Positions 37,792-49,700 of a stretch of DNA of 63,417 nt are shown in pieces. The translations under genes and the position numbers were made by a program. This DNA comes from a virus (Duplodnaviria > Caudoviricetes), in the IMG/VR virus record IMGVR_UViG_3300029893_000006, positions 1 to 63,417 of that record. One strand, given 5' to 3'. The first letter of the stretch is position 1. Each line of letters opens with the position of its first letter. The notes below the pieces were generated by a model, which was not told the DNA's origin, made no database searches, and saw only the letters and a program-made list of their open reading frames with translations.

Positions 37792-40700
37792 CTATTCAAT
37801 CGGTATCGGCTGTAAGCTGTAATGTACCCGCACCTGGTTGACAATTGTTAGTTCATAGAAGTCAAGCAGCTTTCTTTTTTCTTCCGGCGTATAATCTGCG
37901 CTTTCATGGATTTCTCTCATAATGCTGCGTACCCCTGCCAGTTCCCTTTGTAAAGAGCGCATATATTCAAGGTCCCAAAGCAGCGCCTGATCCTTTGCCG
38001 AAAGTTTAGGCGGCGTTTGACCTCTTTCAAGATAGCTCTGTTCCCTGGCGGCCAAAACTTCTGCCCTGTTCAGATCCTTGTAGAACCTGTCCACAGAAGC
38101 AGAGCCATAAGCCCCCGAGGTAGCTATAATATCCCCAAGGACAGGAATGTCCTGAATCGTCCCTTTAGGCCGCAACTTCCGGTCTGCAACGCCTGTGAGA
38201 TAAAGCAGCTCATCTACTGCTCTTATGACGTGCCTGCCCACCCCTGCCGTATAGCCTTGTATTAAAGCATCTATTCTCCTGGGTGACAACTTGAGCTTTT
38301 TACCCAGGAGCTTTGCAACTTCGCTGGTATAAGCACCATATTGAAACTCCGGTGCTCTCCCGGCTTCACTGGCAGGGACAACGGGAGCATCATTATAGAA
38401 TCTCAAGTTACCCCACTGCTCCAGTATAGGCCCTATGGCCGCAGGCATATAGTTTGGCACTGCTGTTTTCAGCAGATCCTCGGACAGATTGTTCCAGGAA
38501 GCCCTGTTTTTCTTATCAAGCTGGCGCATCAGGTTTTCAGGAAAAGCGCCAAAAATAATCCCCATCAAGAATGGCCTGGGAACTGTTAAAAACCATTTTG
38601 TTCTTGTGAAACTGCCGCCCACAGGGAGAGGGTAATTCCAGAAAAGGTTTTTCCGCCACTCTGGAAGCTCCTGATAATAAGGATTATTCCGGTTTAGTAG
38701 ATAAAGTAACACGGTAGGCAAGGTCAAAATCAAAAGCGCCCTTAAAATAAAACGTGCGGGATTCTTCTGGAAGGCTCTGCGCATCTTATCATGGCCCCTT
38801 ATCGCTGCATTGAAGAATGGAGTACTTCCTCGGATTATAGCTGTTTTACTGCCATGAACCTGGTGATCTACTGTTATATCACGACCGGCAAAACTGCCGG
38901 TTATCCAGTGTGCGCCTTTTCTGCGTGCCGCCATGTATTCCCCTACGTTGGTTGCATACTCTATCATGCTTGAAGCCCTGCCAAGAAGCCCGATGGGGTT
39001 AATCGCTATCTTCATCATTTCCTGCCATCTGCTTCTCAAAATATGATGGTATCCTTCGGTCAGATAGTCCTTATCGTAGGAAAGCTGTGTGCTCATACCG
39101 GCTCTATCAGCAAGGAAATCCCGGTAAACTTCATCGTTTTTGGCAATGTGGTATAAACCTTTAAACAATCCTAAAAGCGGCAGGTTTTGATATTCGCTGT
39201 AAATAGGAGTCTGCCACGCATCTCTCCAGGCGTTAAAACCGAGAAACCTGGGGTTCCATGTTGCTCCTATCCTTAACAGCTTCGCCGCAGGTCTGAGAAA
39301 AGTATCCACAAACCATCCAGCCGTCTCCGAATCAATGTGCATGATCGCATTGAAAAGCTGTTTGTCCTTGAACTCATAGAACTGCGGTTTTCCCTCACGC
39401 CATACCATAACCACGTTCTTGCGGACATCTCCAAAACGTTCGGGTCGAAAGATGTTTACAAGCGTTCCCATATCTACTTCTTTGCCCTGCGCCGCTTCGT
39501 TCAACAATTCGCCGAGAACATCTAACGCTGAGGAATCATCAACATCAATCCCCAGCATAGTGAGCAGCTCCCCAATCGTAGCTTTTGTAACCTTGACTGG
39601 TGTAGGTATGCTGGAGAACCATTCTCCTGTCCCACCGGCGATTTGCTCCATATCGACGAGTGCTTGCATGGCAAGGTTTTTGTCCGCCAATATAGTAAAG
39701 ATGTGGGTCTGCCTGATAATACTCTGCCATGGATCTTGAATCGGCAACATAGCGCCCTTGTAGGTGATTACTCCCTTGGAAATATTGGCGATATGCTGGC
39801 CTTCACTTTTTTTAACTTTGCGGTCATCCCGGACACGGTAGAAGGGAATGTATATATCAGGATATTTTTTAATTATGGTTTCATAGCCTTCTTCGCTTAA
39901 TATACCGCCTCTGACAAGCTGCCTTAAAACAAACCTGCAGAAGTCTCTCATCTCTTCTCTGGCCTTGTCATATTTCTTAAAATATTTGGAGGCTTCGACT
40001 TCTTTTACAAGCCTCCTGGCCGCTTCAAGCTGCGCCTTATCCATCCCGGAGATGACACCAAGCTCATCTTCTCGATAAATAGCCATTTTCGATACCAGGT
40101 AAGCGGTGAATTTGACAAAATGCGGAACGCCATCCTCATCCTTGCCCATCTGGTGAATCGGATCAGTTATTTCATAGAGCGAAGGGCCTATCTTTTTCTT
40201 TGTTCCGTATTCAATCTGCCCCCCGCCCCTGCGAATAAAGTTATGCGCCGCCATCTGCGCTCCTTTTGCCATCCGATACATCAGCCACGCATTTTTCTCC
40301 GGATCGACCACTTTCGTAGCTCCTTCACCGGCAACTTTGCGCCCACCGTAGAGTTGCTCCATGTAATAGGCTATCCTGGCCGAATCGTCAAATATGTTGT
40401 AGTAAACCTGCTCCCACCAATCTTTTACCTTTGACCAGGATATAGTTTTTTCCTTTTCGCTGCCGATAAAGGAATTAACCAGGGCAATATCCGGCTGGCG
40501 ATAGTACTTGTCAACTATGGCCCGGATTTCTTCCACCTTATCTAAAAGCTCCGACTGCGTATGAATCATCTTGTCAAAGTACTCATAGAATCCCGGCATA
40601 AGCTCTTTGGCCTTTTCCGGCTCGTTTATATAAAAGTTAATAAAGTCGGCTATACCCTCATGAACCTGGAGCTTGAAACTGGCCTCGGGCCGGACTTTCA

Positions 40701-43700
40701 AGAGCGTTTCTTGCACATAAGGAGAATTAAGCACCAGTTCCTGGGAAATACTATCAAACGCCTTTTCTCCCATTACCTTGTTTATATTCCTTTTCGAGAA
40801 CAACTTTAGCTCTCCGTCAAGAAAATGGCCCAATTCGTGCGCCAGAATTTCCAAATCCGCAAAGAATTTGGTTTTAATGCGTATATACTTTTCTTTAGAC
40901 CGGAAAAATCCCGCCATCGGCCCTCTGACATGGCCTTTATAGGTAGCGATTACTCTGTCTATTTTTCTCAATATATCCTGCTTTCTTGTGACCCGCTCCC
41001 ATGCCTGTTTGCCGGTTTCGCCCTCTCTTGCGCCCGTAGCTTTAGCAAATGCTCTGGCATCCTTCTTAGCAATGCTGTGCATTACTTCAGGCATGGAATC
41101 ATCCAGCTCCTCCTGCCACGGTTCTTTGTGAACTTTTAATAGTTCCTTTTCCGCTTTCTCTTCGGCCTTTTCAGCCGCAGCTTTTTCCGCAGAAACCCTC
41201 TTAGCCAGCCTCGTTAAATCCAACCTGCGCTTTTTTGTGATAAGAAAAGCGTTGTATTTCATTTCGATGTTTGCCGCATTGCCAAGAGCTTCTTTAATCT
41301 CCGGCAGGTAGCTTTCCAAAGGCCGGTTAAGCTGCCAGTTATACTGATTGCCAACAACAACCTTTTTAGACACTCCAGTTTTATCGCCCTGATGGACAGT
41401 GATAATGGCAAGGCCGCCGGTCTGCAGGTGCTGGAACATGAACCGAATAGCATCCAAGCGGCTTTCCTTGTCAGGTAAAACATTCAGTACGTTATTAAGG
41501 GACGCTGTTTCAGCGCCCCCTACCTGTTTTAGCCGCTCAAGGCTGGCCTTGTTGTATTCCGGTGATCGGGCCTCCGGGTCCCAAAGGATACATTCTATCC
41601 CGTTTTCCTTCAGGTATTCGATACCAAGATCATACCTGCCGCCTCCTACGTCGAAATGGAAAGCTGGTCTTTCGATTACTCCCCTATCAACCAGCTTAAC
41701 CAGGAGAGTGAGGCCGCCTGCTTTTTGCTTCTGAGATGTCCTCTCAGGCGCATGTCTCAGCTCTTTTGCCGGAGCCGAAACCTCTGTGCTTAGATATTCG
41801 GTTCGGTTGAGGAAAATGTCATAACTGCGTTCTTCAAGTTCTTGTTCGGCCTGCGCCTGCTGCTCCTTCTTTGAAAAATCTTCGGCAAGCTTAGTAGCCT
41901 CTTGTTTTATTTCATTACTTATGTCGCTTAACGGCACATTCCAATCAGCAAGTTTTGAAATAGCTAAAGCGGCCTTCTCCGCTGTCTGCATGGTATCGTA
42001 ATAGGTGCCGAAGCGCAACCCTGATTGAAGATGAGTAACCCTCCAAAGATCTCGTATATCCTTTTTCTCATTTTTCACACCTTTATTTATTGCTATGCCC
42101 GGAGCAACTTCTTTGCCGGTAACTTCAACCTTTTGCTTTATGCCGTCTATCATAAGACTTATTTCGATGACTCCAACGCCATAAGTCTCCGGCACATAAG
42201 CATCTTCAACCATTACTTCCCCTTCGAGCTGGTCGATCCCAAGCTCCTGAGCCAGTTCTTCTTTGCGCCTTCTCAGCTTTTTAAGTTCATCGGCGTATTT
42301 AAAGGGTTTTGCCGCTTCTGCTTTCAGTTCTTCAAGTCGCTTTGTGAGGGATTCGATAAATTTAACCCTGTCGGTATAATCCTTTTTTATGCCTTGAGCA
42401 CGGATCTCTAAGCTGCGGATAGTGTTGTACCCGGTCTCACCAAGCAGGACTTTATAAAAGTTGCTGCCCTCAAAGATTAACGCTCCACCATATTGATAAT
42501 GCAATCTTAAACTAAGGGGAAAGCCCGCAAATTCTCCCAGCGGAATAATTACTGCATTTAATTCTTCTTCTGAAATGCCCTCTTTATATTTCTCAGCATT
42601 AAAGAGGTGAGCGTTAATGCCTTGGAGTTTGTTTATTTCGTCTAAAAATTGTTTGGGGGTGTAAAAAGATTCCTGCCTAAATTTATCATACTTATGGAAA
42701 ACATTCTTTAAAGGACCCTCTACGCCTTGAATTATTTTACCGGCCTCTTTCCTGTCCTTGTAAACCTTGTCAAACAGTTTGATCTCAAACAAATCACCTT
42801 TGATATTTTTTGCTCTTTCCAAATCTTGTTTGGATTTTTCGGCCACTTTTTTTGCGCCTTCGAGCGACATAGAAGCAGAACTAATCTCCCGTTTTATAGC
42901 CTCTCTTTTGCCGATATAACCACTTTCAATGGCCGCAAGCTCGATTAGACGTTGCTCAATTTCCGTATATTCCATATATTTAGGATCGCCGGTTAATATG
43001 GCACTCATTTGCTTCGACGACATTTGTATCTCGTCGAAGTTCTCCATTTCCCTCATTTCCGGGTTAATGTTTCTGGTTTCTACCTGCTTGAAGTTCTTCT
43101 GTTTTATAGAAATGAGCTGCCACATGAAAATATCGAAAGTTCGTTCTGTGCCGTAAGTGTAGATAAACACTTCTTCGTTCTGGTTGCCTTGCCGGATACC
43201 TCTTCTTTCCCGTTGCTCTATCTCAGAGGGCTTCCAGGGACAATCCAGATGGTGGACCGCAATAACCTTGTCCTGGACATTCATCCCTTCGCCCATCTTT
43301 GAAGTAGATCCAAGCAGGATGCGGATATCGCCGCGCTTCACCTTCTCAAACAGCTCAAGGCGCTGCTTGTCTGTCTTGTAATCATGGATGAAAGCGATCT
43401 CGTCTGCAGGCACTCCTTTGGCCAGCAGTTTTCTGCGGATAACCTCATAGACGGTCTGCTGATCTTCTTCGAGATCCTCAAATACAACATCCTCGGCCTC
43501 TTCGTCAATATCAGCCTCTTCTTGCTCTTTGGATTTCCCTTTTGGTACGGAGAGATCTAGAAAGGCAAGCTGTGTGAGCCTGTCTTTTTCGTACTTCTTC
43601 CAAATATCAAATATATTGTTTATAGCCAGGTTGATCCGGCTGTCCTTGTAGTCCATAAGGCCCCGGAGAGGGGGATACAGGGCCACGAGCCTGCCATCAT

Positions 43701-46700
43701 TGACCACTTTCAGGAAGTTATCCTCTGAAGGGTCTACATGTCCTGCTTTAATCGCTTCGCACCTGTCGTCGAGCTCTTCGATGTAATCCATGATCTCTTC
43801 CGAAGGCTGTGCTGAAATAAGTATGCGCTGGCCTGTTGCTATCTTAGGCAACTTAATATGAGGGTTAAGCTCCAGGAATCTTTCATGGTTTACCACATCA
43901 GCGAAACTATGATAAAGCTGTAAAAGCTCCGGCAGGTTTACAAACTGAGCAAACCGGACTTTAGGCCGGAAACCCTTCCCTGATGGATTTAGCTCTGAGG
44001 CTGTTACCGCTCTGCCAAAAACACTGGCCCAGGCATCAAAGCTGTGCAAATCCCTTGCCTCCAGCTCCTGTGGCGCAAGATATCGCAGCAGGGCATACAT
44101 TTCCACCATGGAGTTAGAAATCGGCGTTCCGGAAGCAAAAACTATTCCGCTTCCGTCACGTAAGTTACGGACATAATCCGTTTTAGTAAACATATCAAAT
44201 GCCTGCATAGAGCCTTGAGGCGATCCCATGTTGCCAATGTTGTTCATACTGGTATTATAAAAAAGATTTTTGTAGTAATGGGATTCGTCCACAAATAGAG
44301 CGTCTATACCGGATTCCTCAAAAGTCATAAAACCGGCATCCTGCTGTCTTTCCAGTTTTGCCAAGTGCTCACGAAGTTTTTTCTCCAGGGCATTCCGGGC
44401 ATTTTCCATTTTGCGAACAATCGCTTTCCCTTCCTGTCCTAATGCCCTTCTCTGCTCCTGGATAGACCTCTCCAGATTTGCAAGCTCCCGGTTTATGATC
44501 CTCTCAACATATTCCCCGGACAAAGGAACCATCTTGAAGCTGGAATGGGGCATAATCACAAGATCCCAATCACCTGCAGCAATGCGCGCCAGAGCTTTCT
44601 TGCGCTTATCTGCTGCCATATCTTTTTGACTGTATGCCAAAATCTTAGCTGCTGGATAAAGCCTTCTTGCTTCTGCCGCAAACTGGCCGATGATGCTCGG
44701 TCTGGTTACAACAATAGGCTTATTAGCAATTCCCAAACGCTTCATTTCCATTGCTGAAGCGACCATGACAAAGGTTTTCCCCGAACCGGCAACGTGGTGA
44801 GCTAATGCCCCTCTTGATTGTACTATGCGCCATACCATGTCCTTTTGGTGCGGCCCCAGGGTAATTGCCGGGTTCATCCCCGGGAAGGTAAGATGGCTGC
44901 CATCAAAGTTTCGCATTACCGAATTGTTAAATTCCCAGTTGTAAACCTTAGCCAACCGTTCAGCCCTTTCGCTGTCGCTCCAGAGCCATTCCTTAAATTC
45001 TTGCTCAATCTCCCTTCCTTTTTCACGAAGGGCCAAAGTAGCAGCCTGGTGGGTTACAGTTTTTTCTTTTTCTCTGCCTTCTACAGGATCATAAGTTACT
45101 CGCTTAAACGTTGCATTGAGGCTGCGGCTGTTGAGCAAGGATTCGATTATATCAAGAGCGCTCTTTTCGATAGTAAATGAGCGCCCCGTTGATGTATCAA
45201 AACCACGAAAAACAAAACCCCACGTTTTCCTATTGGCCGTGGAGTTCCTAACGCTTGTCTTTACGCCTTTGTCCTTGAAGTCTATTCCCCAAATACCGCT
45301 TCTTGTCTCATGCGTTACTCTTACCTCATCCGCTTCCCAACTCTTAATGTCCAGTAAATGCACAAGGAAGTCTCTAACATCATCTTTACCTATCCAGGGA
45401 ACCCCAAGCTTAACGTATATCTTATCCGGTGTAAGATCAGCTGGCTGCACTTCTTTAAGTGCCTTTACATTTGCTTCATAGCTTTTATCATGTTTTGCGG
45501 CATCCTCAGCAATACGCAGTTTCTGCCGGACGTTTCCGGAAAGATACTCGTCTGCAGTAACCCATCCCTTTTCCGGATCTTTAAAGATAAAGCCTGTTAG
45601 TTCTTCTGCAACTTGATCAGAAGTTTTCCCGGTCAAGCTGGCAATATGGTTAATATCAACTACACCACGTTCATTTAGCGTAATGAGCAGCCCTTCCTTG
45701 CTGTTCTCTGCAGAGGTCTTAGTCTCATATTTCCGGACAGTGCGCTTCTTAAATACATCATTCTTTACATACTTTCCGGTTTCCGGATCTTGAACTTCAA
45801 GCCCTGCTATTCTGTAATAGGAATTATCTTCGGCAAACGCCCTGCTGTTAGCCGCAGTATTTATATAGCCATAGTTTTTAACAAAATCATCATAAACCTT
45901 GTTGAGCGTTTTCCTTAGCTTTTCTATTTCTGCTTCTGATCCGTCACTCAATTCCAGGTTAAGTAGTTCATTATAAATATCCCGGATCTTTATCATACCC
46001 CGAATTCTCTTTTCAACTGTGCCGCCTGGGGTAAAATTAAGAACCTTGTCGGCAGGCATCAAAACAAGCTGGCCGTTATCATCCAGTTGTGCAATCATCA
46101 GCTTGTTCTTCTGGATAACGATAGATCCCTCTTGTGTTTCAGGTGGCGCAATTAAAAAGTCTTCTATTTTCGGAGCTTCGGTCGCTTCGTGGACCGGCCT
46201 TTGCTTATAAGCATTCCTGGGGAGTTTTTCTGTAAGCGCATCTATTACAGATTGAGCCAGATCCCTGCCATCCGGCACAACGGCGTATTCACCGGCATAA
46301 TACATGCCCCGGATAAACGCTGTTTCTCCCATTACCATTTCAGGATGATCTACATAATACTCATTGATCGCTTCCCTGTTCTTTTCTACGGTTACATCTT
46401 TGTTTTCCAGCCATTCCTCACCGGCATAAGGCTCTCCCACGGCACGCTTACGCAAGAAAATTATATCGGTCACTACCTGGGTTTCCGCTATGCCTTTAAA
46501 AGCCTCGTTGTGCAAACGAACAGCACCAAGAAAATCGGCACGCTCATTTAGGTATTCCCGGAAACTTCTATCACGGCTGTCCATCGTGTAACGTGAGGTA
46601 ACAAACGCTACTATCCCGCCAGGACGAACCTGATCCACCGCCTTGGCGAAGAAAAAGTTATGCAGGTTATCGGCAATATTCTTGTAACGCACATCTTTGG

Positions 46701-49700
46701 CAGGAGGCGTCCGGTTAAACGGCACGTTAGATATTGCCAGGTCATAATAGTTTTCATTGAGCAGCTTTCTCTTGTCGTAAGGAACGTCAAATTCCTCGTA
46801 GCCCATGACATTGATATTGGCCCTGGGATACAAGAGCTTGGCAATATTCCCGGAAACCGTATCTATCTCAACCCCGGTGAGCCAGCTTTTCTTGGCAAGG
46901 TTTTCAGGCATCATACCAAAGAAATGGCCGATACCCATAGCCGGTTCAAGGATCCTGCCGCCATCAAACCCGATCCTTTGGAGCACTTCATACATAGCGT
47001 TAATAATTTCCGGTGACGTATAATGCGCAAAAGGCGTAGTTGCCCTTGCCGACATAAACTCTTCTTCGGTCAGCAGTTCTTTTAAAGCATTATACTGCTC
47101 CATAAGGCCATGCTTCTCCGCATAGGACTTATCAAATACGTCTTTGTAGAAGCCCCAACCAACGTATTTAATAAGAATAGCCTGCTCTTCGGGAGTAGCA
47201 GGCTGATTTCTTTCAACCAGGTCTTTCATTAAGCGGATTGCCCTGATATTGTCATTCAGTTTTTGTAGCTTGGAACGAGTATCAAGCTGATCTTCCGGCC
47301 TGATTCTGTAGTTCTCGCTGGTTATACTTCTTCCAGGGGTGGTAATTTCAGGGTCCGGAGATTCATGCCCAGCTCCGGTGCCTCCTTCTCGCTCGGCAGG
47401 TACATCCAGTTGTTTCTCGTCATCTCCCACGCCTGTTCGTACGTCAGTCCCTGGTCTTGCAGTTTTGCGATGTCCTCTATCGTCAGCCTTATCGCTTTCC
47501 TTACGGTCTGGTCGAGCTCCCCGCTCTCCTTCAGTTCTTTGTACATCTTCGGACGGAACTCTTTCCAGTGCCTCTTCACCGCGCTGGGTGCCATCAGGTT
47601 CTCTTCGATCCTCAAGACCCGTTACCTCCTCCCTTTGGGTAATACCAACCATTTCATTAATTTCGGCAGGGGTCATTTCCAGCATGGCCTTGGACTGGCC
47701 GTAAATGCCTCTTAAAAAGAGCTTGATTGCTGGCCCAAATTCCTCCAGCATAACCTCTGCCCATTCGTCATAAGAGGGATTCTCGGTAGCAAGGAGTTCT
47801 GCCCCTACAATAGCATAGTCAACAAGATCATCCATCGGCAGGCCGCCTGCCTTGCCGACAGCGAAGGAAAGCTCTTCCGGCATTTCCTCTTTCTGTGCTT
47901 CGGCTTCCCGCTTTGCCCTGCGAGCCGCAAGCCTCTTCCTGGCATCAGAAGCGGCGCCCTTGAGCCAGTCTATATTATCGGCAACCCTGCCTTCGGGGAC
48001 AGGAACTTTTTCTGCTTCCATTTTACCAGAATCTTCTGGTGGTTTCAATTCTTTTTTGGAAGGTTCTTTCACTTCCGGTTTTTCCTGTTCCCCAGCCAGT
48101 TCCTTAGCCAGTGCAATCCGGGCGTCACTTTGTTTTGCATACCAGAGTTTTTGAGGCTTACTCCATCTAAAACCGGCATTTCTAAGACGCTGGATTATCG
48201 CATCATCCGGTCTTTCTGGAAACTTAATCTCTACGCCGCCCTTTTCATCATTCAGCCTCCATGTGATACCGGAAGGCGTTTTCTCTGTAGGGGCAGGGGC
48301 CTCCTGTTTCTCCTTTTCCTGGATTGCTTTAAGCCTTATCTGTTCTGCCTCATATAGCCTGCGGTTCTCCTTGTTTGCCGCCGCAACAGCTTCTTCCCAT
48401 GATTCACGGATAGTGCCAAAGCGGACACCGTTGGCGTCCATCAGGGAATATCCTTTGCCGGTACTTGAAACGACAGGTCTAATCCTGATAGGAATACCTG
48501 GCTCCCCTTTGTATTCTTCCGGAGTAGTCCAATCTACATCTTTTTCCCACCATGGCTTACCGGGTTCACCGGCAGGCTTTTCTGGTTCCTCTTTTGGTTT
48601 TGTTCTTGCAGCGTCCTTTTCACCTGCCTCATAAAATTCATCAGCCAGGAAAGGAGGAAAGCCAGTATCTACCTCATCAAAGGGAATGTTTCTTTTGCTA
48701 ACTCCCTCTAACCCTGCTTGATAATACTTATTGAAGAACTCAACGAATAGTTTTGTATCAGGATCATCTGGTTTATCCAAGTCCACCATTATTCTTTCAT
48801 TTGCAGCCCATTTCTTTAAAGCAGCTTTACCACTGCGGCCAAGGTTGAGATCGTCAATGGTTCTGGCGGGTGCCTCCACAGGCTTCAGATCGGGATAATC
48901 GGCCAATACTTCAGGAGGTATGGGCTTGCCTTCGGCAAGGGCTCGCTCAACTAATGTTTTATGATCTGCCTCTTGTTCAACCGCATTGACTGCGCTTCGA
49001 TACTCTTTTTTGGCGATATTGTACGCTTCTTTAATTTCACGCGGAACTTTTGTTGAACGTAAAGACTTTTCTATAGCATCATCACCATATTTGTGTGGGG
49101 AAACATCAAGCAATTTTTTCTTTGCTTCTTTCAAAGCCTTTATTGCATTTTCAGCTTTAACCTGCAAAGGATGGTCTACAGGCAAAGGTATTATACCTTT
49201 TGCCATGTATTCCTTCCTGGTCATCTGCCACGGTTCCTTCGCCGGTACTTCGGCAGGCTTGGGTTCAGGCTTAACTTCCGGCTTCGCCTTTGCAATTTCA
49301 ACCGCCTTCATTTCTTCTGTGCGCTTTGCTATTTTTTCTTCCAATATTTTCTCTAAATCAGGATAACTGGCAACAGCCGCAGGCGTTACAACCCTGTCCG
49401 CGCGGATCGCTTCGGCTACAGCCTCATAGTGCTCTCTCTCAGCCGCATCCCGGGACACTCCTTCTTTAACCTTTTTGGCGACATATTCTTCCTGGGTCAT
49501 TTGATACGGATCACGGTAAACAGCAGTTGGCCCAATTTTATCCGGCCTTTCTGCTACCATTTTTACAGCTTCCGCAGGGGCCATACCAGCATTTATATTT
49601 TCAAAATACTTTGCTACGTTTTCTGTATTCAGCCTTGCCCCAACCTGCCTGAAAGTATCAACAATATTTTGGACTATGCTCCGGGCTTCTTTATGCCCAA

